A stretch of DNA of 64,000 nucleotides, from assembly GCA_030537525.1 (NCBI GenBank), contig JAUNVU010000001.1, forward strand, positions 10,142 through 74,141, in the 5' to 3' direction. Within the stretch, counting starts at the first letter, position 1. The number at the start of each line of letters is the position of its first letter. Origin of the DNA: Eubacteriales bacterium (GTDB lineage: Bacteria > Bacillota > Clostridia > Saccharofermentanales > DTU023). A program made the position numbers and the translations under genes. The notes beneath the pieces were generated by a model. That model ran no database searches. It saw nothing but the letters and a program-made list of their open reading frames with translations, and was not told where the DNA came from. Shown piece after piece: positions 1 through 10,729 of this stretch.

Positions 1-270
1 GGCGTTCGTGTTTCATAAAAATTTACAGACGCAAAGAAGTTAATTATTGATACTTAAAGACTTGACGCTGCTCCTCCTCAATGGTTTGACGTAAAAATAT
101 GTAAGTATTTTAGGAGTATAACATTGCGATTTCAAGGAAGAATATACATTTTGTAAATCTGCAAAAAAGATTATGTAAAATTTTAAATCTGTTTGAACAT
201 TTTACTTATTCTTGAGTCGAAAAGCGGAAAACTCATCCAAGCTTTCACTTCTCAAGGAAATTAAAGGTAT

Positions 271-306
271 CAATAATAAAGGGCAGCCCCATTTGGGAAC
301 TGCCCT
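271..306 (-). terminator. Rho-independent terminator after the mgtA-like gene
   Basis: Inverted repeat AGGGCAG (280-286) / CTGCCCT (300-306) with inner CCC/GGG pairs. On the minus strand it is followed by TTATTATT. Confidence 0.55.
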
Positions 307-330
307 TTTAAGCTCTGTTATATCTGGATT

Positions 331-3066
331 CTAGAGCCAATCGTTGTAGCGTTTGATGTAGTAGTGCTTGACTACGGTTACTAAGAACATATAGCCGAGC
401 ACGATGGCGATCAGGGTGGCAAAGAATGGCCAGCCGAGTGGTGCCAGATTCAACAATTCTGCCAGAGGGGAGAAGGGGAGGTAGGTGAGAACTACAATGC
501 CAGCTAGCGTCAAGAGAGTAACAGGCCAAGAAGCCCTTGATTCGATGAAAGGTAACTTAGGAGTTCTAATCAGGTGAATAACCAATGTCTGGGTCCACAT
601 GGATGTTATGAACCAACCTGATTGGAAGATAGCGATAAATAGAGCTATCTGACCTGGACTTGTCAGTTCATGGAAGGGAGCACCGACCATTGCAGGACAG
701 ATAAAAAAGTAAAGTAGAGCGTAAGACAAAATATCAAAGACCGAAGAGGTTGGCCCGATCCAGAGCATGAAACGGCTGATAGAGTTGGCATCCCAAGTTC
801 TGGGCTTCATGAGGTAATCAGAATCTACATTGTCCCAGGGGAGGGCTGAGCAGGTTATATCGTAGATCAGGTTCAGGACCAAGATCTGAATCGCCATCAT
901 GGGCAAGAAGGGAAGAAATGCAGCTGCGACGAGCATAGAGAAGACGTTACCGAAGTTGGATGAAGCCGTCATTTTGATGTACTTGATCATGTTTGCGTAG
1001 GTCTTACGCCCTTCGACTATACCTTGTTCGAGGACTAGCAGATCTTTTTCCAAGAGAATTACATCGGAGGATTCCTTAGCAATATCTACTGCAGTGTCAA
1101 CTGAAATACCTACGTCGGCATCCTTTAGGGCTGGCACATCATTGATGCCATCGCCCATATAGCCGACGCTGTGACCATCTGCCTTGAGCAGGCGAACTAT
1201 TCTGGATTTCTGAGTAGGAGAGAGGCGGGCGAAGACTCTTGTTCGTCTGGCCTCGCGGGTTAGTTCTTCATCCGATAACTCTTCGACCTCGTCACCAGTA
1301 AGGATCTGGCTGACATCGAGTCCGACCATTTTACAAATAGCTTGGGAGACGCGTTCATTGTCACCAGTTAAGACTTTCACTTCGACGCCATGGTCGTGGA
1401 GCGCTTTGATTGCATCAGCGGTGGTCGTCTTCGGTGGATCGAGGAAGGCCAGATAACCAATGAGAACCATCTCTGCTTCATCTTTAACCGAAAATACTCC
1501 GATTGGAGAGGGGTTTGTTTTCTGGGCTACGAGGAGAACTCTCAGACCCTTATCATTGTAGCGGTCAACATCTGCACGGACACGTTTTTCCATCTCGCTG
1601 TCAAGCTCCAGAATTTCATCGTCGATTTGCACGAATGAACAAATCTGCAGCATTTCTTCGAGTGCACCCTTGGTGATCATCTGGGTCTTCTGATCTAAGT
1701 CCTTGACCACGACGCTCATTCTGCGGCGCTCAAAATCAAAGGGAACCTCGTCGACCTTGGTGTAAGATTCACGTAAATTCTGCAAACTATCAATTGTTTC
1801 AGCCTCAACATCGGTTCGCTCAATAATAGCTCTGTCCATTAAGTTCTTGAGACCAGTTTGGAAGTAGGAATTTAAGAAGGCATGCTTCAAGACCTGTGGT
1901 GTCTCCTTGCCGTTTAGATCTAGATGATATTCCAGGGCTACCTTGTCTTGGGTGATTGTACCCGTCTTGTCCGTGCAGAGTATATCAATGGAGCCAAGGT
2001 TTTGTATTGAATTTAGATTCTTAATAATGACCTTCTCCTTGGACATTTTTACAGCACCCTTAGCGAGGCTTGTGGTGACGATCATTGGCAGCATCTCGGG
2101 GGTCAAGCCCACGGCAATCGAGATTGCAAAGAGGCCAGCTTGCAGCCAATTACCTTTTGTTAAGGCGGTTAGCAAGAATACTATGGGAACCATGATCAGC
2201 ATGAAGCGTATTAGCACGCGTGAAACGTGGTTGACGCCACGCTCGAAAGAGGTCGGCTCTGGCTGCTTATTTATTGACTCGGCAATTTGGCCGAAAATTG
2301 TGTCTTGGCCAGTAGCGAGAACCACACCGACCGCGCTACCTGAGATGACGTTAGTGCCCATGAAAGCGAGATTTTCATAGTCAAGAGGATTCTTCGAATC
2401 GAGTTTTGATACTGCGGCAAATTTTTCTACATGTTCTGACTCACCTGTCAGAGCGCTCTGACTAATAAAGAGGTCCTTAGCTGTCAAAATACGCATATCA
2501 GCCGGGATCATATCACCAGCGGCGAGGCGGATGATATCACCAACGACAGCTTCTTCCATGACGCGCTCTTGTTCACCATCTGTTTGACGTATAATGGCGC
2601 AGGTGTTGACAATCATATTGGTCAGCTTATCAGCCGCGTTACCTGAGCGCAGCTCTTGGACGAAGCGGAGAAAGCCTGACATTAGGACCATAGCGCTGAT
2701 AAGAATTACCGTGATATAGCTCTGTTCTTCTGGTGGGGCGAAAATGATATCGGTCATCGCAGAGACCACCGCCAAGGCCAGTAAAATCAAAGTAAAGGGG
2801 TTTATAAAGGCAGCATAGAGGCGCTGGAAGATGTTTTGCTTCTTGCCTTGAATGACGACGTTGTCGCCATATTTTTGGCGACTTTCAGATACGGCTTCAG
2901 GGCTTAGGCCGTTGATATTGCTGTTGAGTTTCTCGAGCACCTGTTCGGCATCGTGTTGAGCCGCATAGATCAGGCGTTCTTGCACTACTTTGGGTGCTTC
3001 TGCTGGTCGTTGAAGAGCAGTACGTCTTAATTCTTCCTTATTACTCTGGTGTTCATTCAAAGGCAT
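331..3066 (-). CDS. mgtA: Mg2+-importing P-type ATPase (MgtA/MgtB family)
   Basis: P-type ATPase motifs are present: TGES ([12 protein letters not shown]), phosphorylation site [13 protein letters not shown], and hinge [20 protein letters not shown]. The C-terminal [16 protein letters not shown] block is typical of MgtA. I moved the start to ATG 3066 (MPLNEHQ), which is preceded by AAGGAGAGG. The 32 upstream codons in the ORF track have no RBS. Confidence 0.88.
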   Translation of the reverse strand: MPLNEHQSNKEELRRTALQRPAEAPKVVQERLIYAAQHDAEQVLEKLNSNINGLSPEAVSESRQKYGDNVVIQGKKQNIFQRLYAAFINPFTLILLALAVVSAMTDIIFAPPEEQSYITVILISAMVLMSGFLRFVQELRSGNAADKLTNMIVNTCAIIRQTDGEQERVMEEAVVGDIIRLAAGDMIPADMRILTAKDLFISQSALTGESEHVEKFAAVSKLDSKNPLDYENLAFMGTNVISGSAVGVVLATGQDTIFGQIAESINKQPEPTSFERGVNHVSRVLIRFMLIMVPIVFLLTALTKGNWLQAGLFAISIAVGLTPEMLPMIVTTSLAKGAVKMSKEKVIIKNLNSIQNLGSIDILCTDKTGTITQDKVALEYHLDLNGKETPQVLKHAFLNSYFQTGLKNLMDRAIIERTDVEAETIDSLQNLRESYTKVDEVPFDFERRRMSVVVKDLDQKTQMITKGALEEMLQICSFVQIDDEILELDSEMEKRVRADVDRYNDKGLRVLLVAQKTNPSPIGVFSVKDEAEMVLIGYLAFLDPPKTTTADAIKALHDHGVEVKVLTGDNERVSQAICKMVGLDVSQILTGDEVEELSDEELTREARRTRVFARLSPTQKSRIVRLLKADGHSVGYMGDGINDVPALKDADVGISVDTAVDIAKESSDVILLEKDLLVLEQGIVEGRKTYANMIKYIKMTASSNFGNVFSMLVAAAFLPFLPMMAIQILVLNLIYDITCSALPWDNVDSDYLMKPRTWDANSISRFMLWIGPTSSVFDILSYALLYFFICPAMVGAPFHELTSPGQIALFIAIFQSGWFITSMWTQTLVIHLIRTPKLPFIESRASWPVTLLTLAGIVVLTYLPFSPLAELLNLAPLGWPFFATLIAIVLGYMFLVTVVKHYYIKRYNDWL

Positions 3067-3251
3067 TTTTCCTCTCCTTAAAATTACTGAACATTCAATA
3101 TAACATGAGTTGAGAGTAATAATTGGAAGATTGAGGAATGGTAACACTTTAAAAAAGAACAAGGACTTTTATAGTAGTATAAATACTCACTTTAAGGAAA
3201 AATTTACTTAGGCTATGATAAGAGCAAATATAAATTTTTGGAGGTCTGATT

Positions 3252-4454
3252 TTGATGAAAAGAATTGGTCTTTTACCCAGGCTATTGATTGGTATAGTCT
3301 TGGGTATTATTTTGGGTTTAATTGCTCCGCAATGGCTCATGAGGGCAATAGTCACGGTCACGGATCTCTTTGGCAACTACTTGAATTTCATTGTGCCATT
3401 GATCATCGTGGCTTTTGTCGTGCCAGGTATTGCCGATCTCGGCAGAGGCGCGGGGAGGGTCTTAGGCTTCTCAGTATTTATGTCCTACGCCTCAACTGTG
3501 CTCTGGGCTTTTGCAGCCTTGGGGATTTCTATATTGCTCATTCCCATGATTGTAGATGACACACAGCCACTTAGTAGTGCAGTATACGTAGCACAGGATG
3601 TTGCTGCTTATTTCTCAATTGACATGCCACCCCTAGCCAATATAACTTCGGCAATCATTCTCGCATTTATGATTGGAGTCGGTATTTCTCTAACTAAAGC
3701 CCAGGGCATGCGCTCACTATTTAACGAATTTCACAGCATTATTGCCTTGATTCTCGATAAGACGGTCATACCCTTTCTGCCAGTGTTTATCGCTGGTATC
3801 TTTGCTCAATTAGCATACTCTGGCGGTATAGTGAAGATTCTTGGCATCTTTGGCAAGGTATTCCTCCTAGTCGTGCTGTTCCAGTTCTTAGCTAATTTTT
3901 TGGAATACGTTATTGCCTCAATTTATCGCAAGGGTGAACCGAGTGTTGCTACCTTTATTCGCAATCAGGTGCCCTCGTGGATTACGGCAATGGGCACGCA
4001 GTCTTCGGCGGCAACGATTCCGATTACTCTGCAGACGGCCGAGAAAAATGGCACATCGCAGGATATCCGCGATTTCTTCATTCCACTATCAGCAACGATT
4101 CACTTCCCAGGTAGCTCAATAGCTATCACTATTTTCACAGTTGCAGTTATTTATATGGAGCAGATGACATTGAGTCTTAGCTCGATGATCGGCTTCATAC
4201 TGCTGATGGGTATTACTATGGTCGCAGCGCCTGGAATCCCAGGAGGTGCAGTCATGGCAGCGCTTGGTCTATTACAAGTTATTTTCGGCTTCAACGAGAC
4301 ACAGCTGGCCCTGATGATTGCCCTATATCTGGCCCAGGATAGTTTTGGCACCGCTTGTTCCGTTGCAGGCAACTGCGCCTTGGTAACGATAATCGACAAG
4401 AGGGCAGAAAAATTGGCCAGACGCGAGCAAAAATTAAAGAAAGTCGAGGGTTAA
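3252..4454 (+). CDS. Dicarboxylate/amino acid:cation symporter (DAACS, SstT/GltP-like)
   Basis: 400 aa polytopic membrane protein. The block GTQSSAATIPITL...IPLSATIHFPGSSIAITI and the AAPGIPGGAVMAAL block resemble the SstT/GltP family. GGAGG lies at 3240-3244. The start could be TTG 3252 or ATG 3255. Confidence 0.75.
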   Translation: MMKRIGLLPRLLIGIVLGIILGLIAPQWLMRAIVTVTDLFGNYLNFIVPLIIVAFVVPGIADLGRGAGRVLGFSVFMSYASTVLWAFAALGISILLIPMIVDDTQPLSSAVYVAQDVAAYFSIDMPPLANITSAIILAFMIGVGISLTKAQGMRSLFNEFHSIIALILDKTVIPFLPVFIAGIFAQLAYSGGIVKILGIFGKVFLLVVLFQFLANFLEYVIASIYRKGEPSVATFIRNQVPSWITAMGTQSSAATIPITLQTAEKNGTSQDIRDFFIPLSATIHFPGSSIAITIFTVAVIYMEQMTLSLSSMIGFILLMGITMVAAPGIPGGAVMAALGLLQVIFGFNETQLALMIALYLAQDSFGTACSVAGNCALVTIIDKRAEKLARREQKLKKVEG

Positions 4455-4456
4455 AT

Positions 4457-5362
4457 ATGTATAAAGTCAATAGTCAGGATGTAATTTTCAATTTTAAGCC
4501 GAATATGGAAGCAGTGCTTAAGGTGCCTTCTGCTTCACTTGTGCACTTCGATTCCAATGATTGCTTCTTTCAGCAAGTTACAAGCAATGATGATGTCTTA
4601 AGTGAGGTTGACCAGAACCGGCTCAATCCCGCCACAGGACCAGTCTATGTTGAAGGTGCAGAGCCAGGCGATCTACTGCAGGTGGATATTTTGGCGATCG
4701 ATGTCGCAGAATCAGGATGTGCGGCAGTGGTACCAGGGCATGGAGCTCTGAAAGATGAGGCTGAAGAGGCCATAGTAAGAGTCATTCCAATTCGTAATGG
4801 CGCGGCCCACTATCTTGGACTAAAATTACCAATTCAACCAATGATTGGGGTTATAGGTGTAGCGCCAAAAGCCGAGGACGGAGAATGGCCAACAGCTACC
4901 CCTTGGAAGCACGGCGGCAATATGGATACCAGAGATATCAGAAAGGGTACAACTCTTTACTTACCAGTAGCACAGCCAGGAGCCCTCTTTGCCCTTGGTG
5001 ATGTACACGCCCTCATGGCAGATGGCGAAGTCTGCTTTACTGGTTTGGAGATTCCAGCTGATGTCTTGGTTCGCCTAACTGTACTTAAAGGCGTAAAGAG
5101 CGAATGGCCTATACTAGAAACTGAAACTGAAACAATGGTCATTGCCTCTGGTGAAGATCTGGAAGAGGCTACTGCCTCAGCCAGTTCAGCCATGGTTGGA
5201 GCTATGGCCAGAGCATTAGATGTCCAGTGGGAAGAGGCCTATATTCTAGCAAGTTTAGTAATGGACACTAGAATTTCTCAGGTAGTGGATCCCACCATGA
5301 CTGTGAGGGCGGTTTTGAAAAAGGACGTAATCACGACAGAGAGGATACTTGCTAATCTCTAG
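4457..5362 (+). CDS. Acetamidase/formamidase family protein (FmdA_AmdA)
   Basis: NPATGPVYVEGAEPGDLLQVDILAIDV and GGNMDTRDIRKGTTLYLPV are typical of the acetamidase/formamidase fold. ATG 4457 lies 3 nt after the transporter stop, and the upstream part of the ORF overlaps that gene. Confidence 0.75.
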   Translation: MYKVNSQDVIFNFKPNMEAVLKVPSASLVHFDSNDCFFQQVTSNDDVLSEVDQNRLNPATGPVYVEGAEPGDLLQVDILAIDVAESGCAAVVPGHGALKDEAEEAIVRVIPIRNGAAHYLGLKLPIQPMIGVIGVAPKAEDGEWPTATPWKHGGNMDTRDIRKGTTLYLPVAQPGALFALGDVHALMADGEVCFTGLEIPADVLVRLTVLKGVKSEWPILETETETMVIASGEDLEEATASASSAMVGAMARALDVQWEEAYILASLVMDTRISQVVDPTMTVRAVLKKDVITTERILANL

Positions 5363-5512
5363 TGAACTATAAGGTACGCCCAGTGCATGGATACTGGGCT
5401 TGCCTATCTTTGGCAAGCAATGAAAGCAAGAAGCTTGATTTTTGATACAAAAAAGTGCATATTTCAATTAGCATATAAAGACTTGATAAAAGTCGTAAAG
5501 AGGAGGCACAAT

Positions 5513-5902
5513 ATGAAATTAAAACGAGTTCTAGCGCTGGTTTTGGTCTTGTTCATCACTCTTGCAACAAGTTCAGTCCTAGCTCAGCCCTATGCGTCCA
5601 ACAGGCAGGGCATTCCGAAATGTCAAAGAAGGTACAATGAGAGCTATTATCTAGCTCCTCGAGTATTTTATCCAAATTATTACTCTTATCCCATTGTCAG
5701 GACGAGATGCGCTAGAGTAACAGTACCTGAAACTTATGAACAGGTTACAGTCTGTTCCAGGTCAGTTGTCTATCCATATGTACCTGTACTCTATGTACTT
5801 AACCCCGACACCTACCAAGTGGTGCCGCTATACAGACCGTACCGGGCACCGGATATCGACTACTTCTACAAAGAGTATTCTGGATGCAAGAAATTCAAAT
5901 AA
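5513..5902 (+). CDS. Small secreted Tyr/Pro/Val-rich protein of unknown function
   Basis: ATG 5513 is preceded by AGGAGG. The N-terminus is a signal peptide (MKLKRVLALVLVLFITLATSSVLA|QP). The mature part is about 105 aa with 18 Tyr and 4 Cys. I do not recognise a family. Confidence 0.55.
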   Translation: MKLKRVLALVLVLFITLATSSVLAQPYASNRQGIPKCQRRYNESYYLAPRVFYPNYYSYPIVRTRCARVTVPETYEQVTVCSRSVVYPYVPVLYVLNPDTYQVVPLYRPYRAPDIDYFYKEYSGCKKFK

Positions 5903-5925
5903 GTTTTAATAATCAGTGAAAGCAA

Positions 5926-5960
5926 GAAGGCGGCTCTACTGAGCCGCCTTCTTTATGTTT
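5926..5960. terminator. Bidirectional intrinsic terminator between convergent genes
   Basis: Perfect 11-bp stem GAAGGCGGCTC (5926-5936) / GAGCCGCCTTC (5941-5951) with loop TACT, followed by a T-rich tract. Confidence 0.8.
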
Positions 5961-5973
5961 TGAATTGGATGAG

Positions 5974-7308
5974 CTATTCGGCACTTATCGCAGCCATAGT
6001 GATGTAGTTATAGGGTTGGTTGAAGTGTGGCAGGAAGAAGATGTCGGTTAGTGCCAATTTGTCTATAGTTACGTGCTCTTGAATGGCAAGTGAGAAGAAG
6101 TGGATACCCATAGACATATCCCATTCTGAAGCCATTTGAGCACCGACAACTTGTCGATTATCTGCTCTGTAGACTATCCTGATTTTCACAGGTGGGTTCT
6201 TACTTTCAATAAAGGCAGGTTTCTGCAAATCTTCGAAATCTGTGTATTTCACTTCTATGCCAGCACGTTTGGCCTTCTCGACTGTTAGGCCAGTTGAAAC
6301 CATCTTCAAATCGTAGATGCAAATGCCGTTCGAACCTTGGACACCAATAGATTCGAGCTTAGTGCCGCAAGCGTTATGCGCTCCCACAATGCCCGAGCGG
6401 ACAGCATTAGTGGCTAAGGCGATATAATTGGAATCATTGATTGAATTATCAAATAAAGTAGCACAGTCACCGACAGCCAGAATGTTTGGATCACTGGTCT
6501 CCTGACGACGATTGACTAGGTAGGCGCCATTTCTAAAGGTTTCAAGCTTATCCTTGGCAAGTGCAGTATTGGGCTTGAAGCCAATGCACAAGACTGCCAT
6601 GTCGACATCGTATGAGCCCTTGTCAGTGACTACCTTTTGTAGCTTGCCATCACCTTCAAGAGCGGTGAGCTTCTCGCCAAATCTTAGCTCGATATTGTGC
6701 TTCTTGAGATTCTCCTCCATAAGGTCGGTGAAGGTTTTATCGTAATAGGTTGAAAGACAGGTATCGGCAGCATCAATTAAGATGACTTCTTTACCTTTTC
6801 TTTCAAAGGCCTCGGCCAATTCTACACCAATGTAGCCTGCGCCTATAACGGCGACTTTCTGCACCTCCTTTTGCTCCAAGGCATCAATTACTGCCTGAGC
6901 ATCTTGGAATAGTTTGACGTGGAAAACATTCTCCAGATCCATTCCTTTTAAGTTCGGAATATCAATGGGCAGTGAACCAGTAGCAAGAATCAACTTATCG
7001 TAATGATCTCGACGTTCGGTACCATCCTTTAGGCGTACTAAAACTTCTTTCTCCTCGGGGAGAATGTCTAGGACTTCCGCCTCCATATTGACTTCGGCTC
7101 CCCCTGCGCGTAATTTCTCTGGGCTGGAATAGAAGAGACCTTCTGAACCTCCTATTTGTTCGCCGATCCACAGGGCCATACCACAGCCCAAGAAGCTGAT
7201 ATTGCTATTTCTGTCGTAGACTATGACCTCGGCATCTGGATAATGGCTCAGCATAGTGTTAATGGCTGCTGTGCCTGCGTGATTCGCTCCAACAACGATA
7301 ATTCTCAT
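5974..7308 (-). CDS. nox: NADH oxidase / CoA-disulfide-reductase-family FAD-dependent oxidoreductase
   Basis: N-terminal Rossmann fold [15 protein letters not shown]. The redox-active single-Cys motif [12 protein letters not shown] sits near residue 42. A second GxGxxG is [17 protein letters not shown] is AAGGAG. Confidence 0.85.
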   Translation of the reverse strand: MRIIVVGANHAGTAAINTMLSHYPDAEVIVYDRNSNISFLGCGMALWIGEQIGGSEGLFYSSPEKLRAGGAEVNMEAEVLDILPEEKEVLVRLKDGTERRDHYDKLILATGSLPIDIPNLKGMDLENVFHVKLFQDAQAVIDALEQKEVQKVAVIGAGYIGVELAEAFERKGKEVILIDAADTCLSTYYDKTFTDLMEENLKKHNIELRFGEKLTALEGDGKLQKVVTDKGSYDVDMAVLCIGFKPNTALAKDKLETFRNGAYLVNRRQETSDPNILAVGDCATLFDNSINDSNYIALATNAVRSGIVGAHNACGTKLESIGVQGSNGICIYDLKMVSTGLTVEKAKRAGIEVKYTDFEDLQKPAFIESKNPPVKIRIVYRADNRQVVGAQMASEWDMSMGIHFFSLAIQEHVTIDKLALTDIFFLPHFNQPYNYITMAAISAE

Positions 7309-7359
7309 GTTTTCTCCTTTTCTAATTGGCCAGCCTTCTGACCAATGGCGAAGATACCT

Positions 7360-8994
7360 TTATTCTAGCATATAGCGCTGGTTGATAAGCTCTAAATCCC
7401 AGGTTTGGACGAGCTCATAACCAGGGGGAATTACCGGCTCTTGGTGACTGATCAAGATGATGAAGCGAGCTTCTTCTAGGAAGATCCGCTTGGAGATCAA
7501 TTCGAGACTAAGAGGATCGATGTTGGCCAGAGGTTCATCGAGGATGAGGATTTCAGCTGGCTTCAAGAGAGCCCTTAATAGTGCTAGACGCCTTGCCTCG
7601 CCACCAGAGAAACGCTGTTCAGCGTGGATTAGGACTTCGTCCAGACACTCGGCTTTTGCCAGCTCTTCAAGACCTAGATTAGCAAGTTCTCCATAGATCT
7701 GTGCGTCGCTGATTTGAGGATTATACATGGTCAGGTTATTTCGCAGAGTGTCGAGCAGGAAGCCGGCTTCTTGTCGCATGATCGAGATGTGCTGGTTTAG
7801 ATTGTCGACCTTCAAGATGTCGGTATCATTGATGAGAATCTGGCCACCGTCAGTGTGGTAGTAGAGTTGAAGCAGGTTAGTCAGCGTCGACTTACCAGAG
7901 CCAGAGCCGCCTTTTAGCCAATAGACCCCAGGCTTGTCGAGCTTGGCCTGGAACTGATTGATGAGGGGAGTTGTGGCTGTCTTGTCGTAGGAGAAACTGA
8001 CGCGGTCAAACTCTATGGTGTCGATTTCTCTGAGACAGAGGTTCGGCGCTGGCAGTGGCATCAATTCGGGTTCATCTATGGCTGTTAGTAGTTTGGTCTC
8101 GGGATCCTTCGAAACCATGATGGCCTGAATGTAGCTCGTGATCCACATGGCACCCCGACTCAACATCCCCATGAAGCCCATGGCCGCAATGAATTGACCT
8201 GTGTCGATGATGCCTCGACGGATTAATTCTGCGCTGTAAGCAATGGCGATGATCACGGTGAGGCCAGAAACTAGCTGAGAGATATTTTGACTGATGAAGT
8301 GAGCTCTCATGAATTTACTTCGGGACTTGACTTGCTCGTTTAGATAATGGCTGAACTGCTCTTCAATTTCAGCAGTTGCGTGGTGGTTTTTTACCACTTC
8401 AAAGGCGCTTATTGCCTCGCTAAAGCGAGTGAGGTTGGTCTGGTAACTGTTAATACTTGCGCTCATACGCTTCTTCAACATGCCTCTAAAGAGTAGTGGT
8501 AGGAAGATGGTGGGGAGCATGAGCAGGATGATCAGGAACAGTAGCCTGATATTGATCAGGAGGAAGGCAAACATGACGAAGACGAATTCCGTGATGATCT
8601 GCATAAGGCCATACCACGATTTGTGACAGGAGGAGGTATAAACTGCGATGGTCTCCGTCATGTTGCCTAGATAATAGCCCTGTGGATGGCTGTTGAAGGA
8701 GACGAAGCTCCTACCGAGGATTCCTGTAAAGATCTTGCTGCGAAAGTCTCTGGCAATTGAGTGCGATAGATAGCCCTCGTAATAGGCGTAGAGATAGTGG
8801 GTGTAGGACTTGAAGAGGGCCAGAAAGAGCATGGTGAGGACAGTGATGATGAGACTTCTCAGATCACGATCCAAGGCATGATTGAGTAACAGTCCTCGAA
8901 CGTAGTTCAGGTAGGTGAGCGTAATCGAACTAATACAGATGAAAAAGAAGGCCAGGAAGGTCTTTAATTTATAATCTTTAATTAAATACTTCAA
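7360..8994 (-). CDS. ABC exporter, fused permease/ATPase (partner 2 of a heterodimer)
   Basis: N-terminal 6-TM domain, Walker A GGSGSGKST, signature FSGGEARRL and Walker B ILILDEPLANID. I moved the start to TTG 8994 (LKYLIKDYK), which lies 8 nt after AGGAGG. It overlaps the upstream gene by 17 nt. Confidence 0.85.
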   Translation of the reverse strand: MKYLIKDYKLKTFLAFFFICISSITLTYLNYVRGLLLNHALDRDLRSLIITVLTMLFLALFKSYTHYLYAYYEGYLSHSIARDFRSKIFTGILGRSFVSFNSHPQGYYLGNMTETIAVYTSSCHKSWYGLMQIITEFVFVMFAFLLINIRLLFLIILLMLPTIFLPLLFRGMLKKRMSASINSYQTNLTRFSEAISAFEVVKNHHATAEIEEQFSHYLNEQVKSRSKFMRAHFISQNISQLVSGLTVIIAIAYSAELIRRGIIDTGQFIAAMGFMGMLSRGAMWITSYIQAIMVSKDPETKLLTAIDEPELMPLPAPNLCLREIDTIEFDRVSFSYDKTATTPLINQFQAKLDKPGVYWLKGGSGSGKSTLTNLLQLYYHTDGGQILINDTDILKVDNLNQHISIMRQEAGFLLDTLRNNLTMYNPQISDAQIYGELANLGLEELAKAECLDEVLIHAEQRFSGGEARRLALLRALLKPAEILILDEPLANIDPLSLELISKRIFLEEARFIILISHQEPVIPPGYELVQTWDLELINQRYMLE

Positions 8995-10609
8995 TTTCAG
9001 AACCTCCTTTAAATTCGATAATTTGGTCGAAGGCTTGTCTGAATTCAGCCGAGATCTGATGGGAGATGACAATGACCGTCCGCTTGTCAATTCCGGCGAT
9101 GTGTTCCTCAATCTTTCTGATATTGTCGCTGTCGATATTCGCGAGTGGTTCGTCTAATACAAGTATGGGCGTGTCTCTGAGCAGTGATCTTGCGAGCGAA
9201 AGTCGCTTCTTCTCACCACCTGAGACATTGCTACCCTGATTGTCTAGTTGCAGTTCTAAGCCCTCTTTATTGGCCCACTTGCCAAGTCCTAAATCCCTGA
9301 GGACCTTAAATATTGACTCATCATCCACACCTGGCTGATAGAGACACAAATTATTGCGCATAGTATCACTGAGTAAGACGGCTTCCTGCCGCGAAATACT
9401 GACCACCGGGGAGACGTCACCAATTTCAGAGACCGGAGTATTGCCAATCGTGACCTCGCCTTTTGCCAGGGGATAGTAGTTCAGAAGTAGGTTCACGAGA
9501 GTGGACTTGCCCGAGCCACTGGGTCCATATATTAGACACTTGGAATTTTCTGGGATAGTGATGGAGAAGTCGTCAAGGAGTGGTTGCGTAGAAGAGAAGC
9601 CGTATTCAACGTGTTTGAATTCAATAGTATAGCCAGTGGGGAGTTCAGGTTTGGCCGCTGCAGACAAGTGCTGTTTGAGATTCTCGGTGAATTTTAAGTA
9701 GCGATCCCTGGCGGGGGCAGTAGCGACCAGGGCCTGCCAATCCTTCGCAATCCAAAACAGTGGTGCGGAGCAGGCAAGACCGATGGAGAGGACAGAGAAG
9801 AACTGACCTGGATCTAGTTCGCCACTGTAGACTAGATAGGCGGCAAAAGCGGCAGCTGCCACCTGTCCAACCAAGGTGCCGATGAAGCTGAAACCAACCC
9901 CTACGGCCTGAATCTTCCCGAAGGCCACGCCCTCTTTACATAGTCGTTCATTGGCCTCATTAAACTGACGCCCGACAATACCTTCGATACTCATGTTCTT
10001 GATCAATTCAAAGGCCTTGAGATAGGCATCTGTAGATTCAGTAAAGGTCGTCAAGACCTCAGTGTATTCGCGGCCTCTGCGAACAATCGCCTTCTCAATA
10101 ATTGGCGGTACAAAGAGTGGCAAGGCCAGCATGGCGATGAATACCAAACCTAGCTTGAAGTGCATGTTGAGTAATGTGATGGCGGCAAAAGCCACGGTTA
10201 GAATGCGAAATACCAGGTTGCATAAGGTCTGCAGGTATTCTCTATCGATCGTAGCTACGTGATTGGCGTAGAGTGCTACGACTTCAGACTTGGATAAAGA
10301 CTGAAACTCGCGCATTCGCCGTGCATAAAAACTTCTAAAGAAGTCCATGCGTAGGAGGAAGCTGGCACGCTCCTGGAAGTGCACTCTGATTAGATAGTAA
10401 AGATAGGTCAGGGCCAATGAGATGATCAAGAAGATAAGGAGTTTCGGAAGGGGGCCAGTCAAAGCTAAAGGCTGACCTTCAAGTACGGAGTTTAAGACGT
10501 CACCCTTTAATAATTCGAACTTCATACTAGTGGCAATGCTGAGAGCTGCAAAAACCAACATTAAGAAGAAGCTCAACAGATTGCGCTTAATTAACTTCCA
10601 CATACTCAC
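8978..10609 (-). CDS. ABC exporter, fused permease/ATPase (partner 1 of a heterodimer)
   Basis: TM domain plus Walker A GPSGSGKST, signature VSGGEKKRLSLAR and Walker B ILVLDEPLANID. RBS is GAGGTGA. Confidence 0.88.
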   Translation of the reverse strand: MSMWKLIKRNLLSFFLMLVFAALSIATSMKFELLKGDVLNSVLEGQPLALTGPLPKLLIFLIISLALTYLYYLIRVHFQERASFLLRMDFFRSFYARRMREFQSLSKSEVVALYANHVATIDREYLQTLCNLVFRILTVAFAAITLLNMHFKLGLVFIAMLALPLFVPPIIEKAIVRRGREYTEVLTTFTESTDAYLKAFELIKNMSIEGIVGRQFNEANERLCKEGVAFGKIQAVGVGFSFIGTLVGQVAAAAFAAYLVYSGELDPGQFFSVLSIGLACSAPLFWIAKDWQALVATAPARDRYLKFTENLKQHLSAAAKPELPTGYTIEFKHVEYGFSSTQPLLDDFSITIPENSKCLIYGPSGSGKSTLVNLLLNYYPLAKGEVTIGNTPVSEIGDVSPVVSISRQEAVLLSDTMRNNLCLYQPGVDDESIFKVLRDLGLGKWANKEGLELQLDNQGSNVSGGEKKRLSLARSLLRDTPILVLDEPLANIDSDNIRKIEEHIAGIDKRTVIVISHQISAEFRQAFDQIIEFKGGSEIEVFN

Positions 10610-10729
10610 CTCTAAAAGTTAGCCTAGTATAACACGATAAATCAGATGATTAAAATTACATTTTTTACAGTGGTAAATGGTGCAGTATTTTACTGCCGAT
10701 AAGGTGCTAGAATGGGCCTGGAGGTAGCT

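Noticed and set aside
1-330. Possible gene or mobile-element remnant in the first 330 nt
   Set aside because: The region has only AT-rich sequence with no ORF, repeat or RNA-gene signature that I could recognise. The only structure is the mgtA terminator hairpin. The window edge prevents further interpretation.
1943-2380. Long antisense or out-of-frame ORFs inside well-supported genes (for example 1943-2380, 12916-13278, 14180-14488, 15561-15917, 17396-17737, 29146-29691, 35094-35513, 38976-39281, 39525-39881, 56499-56864)
   Set aside because: They lie entirely within genes with strong family signatures on the other strand or frame. They have no RBS and show low-complexity, Ser/Arg/Pro-rich shadow-ORF composition.
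3067-3162. N-terminal extensions in the ORF track (mgtA 3067-3162, 4355-4456, 5387-5512, 8995-9111, 21753-21782, 33687-33722, 40016-40150, 50158-50277, 51830-51865, 58227-58334)
   Set aside because: Each extension lacks an RBS, overlaps the preceding gene or a divergent start, and adds non-homologous residues. An internal start with a Shine-Dalgarno sequence gives the family-typical N-terminus.
3067-3251. Possible Mg2+ (M-box) riboswitch in the mgtA leader
   Set aside because: The whole divergent intergenic region is only about 185 nt and AT-rich. It must also hold two promoters. Reading the minus strand, I found none of the conserved G/C-rich M-box core segments.
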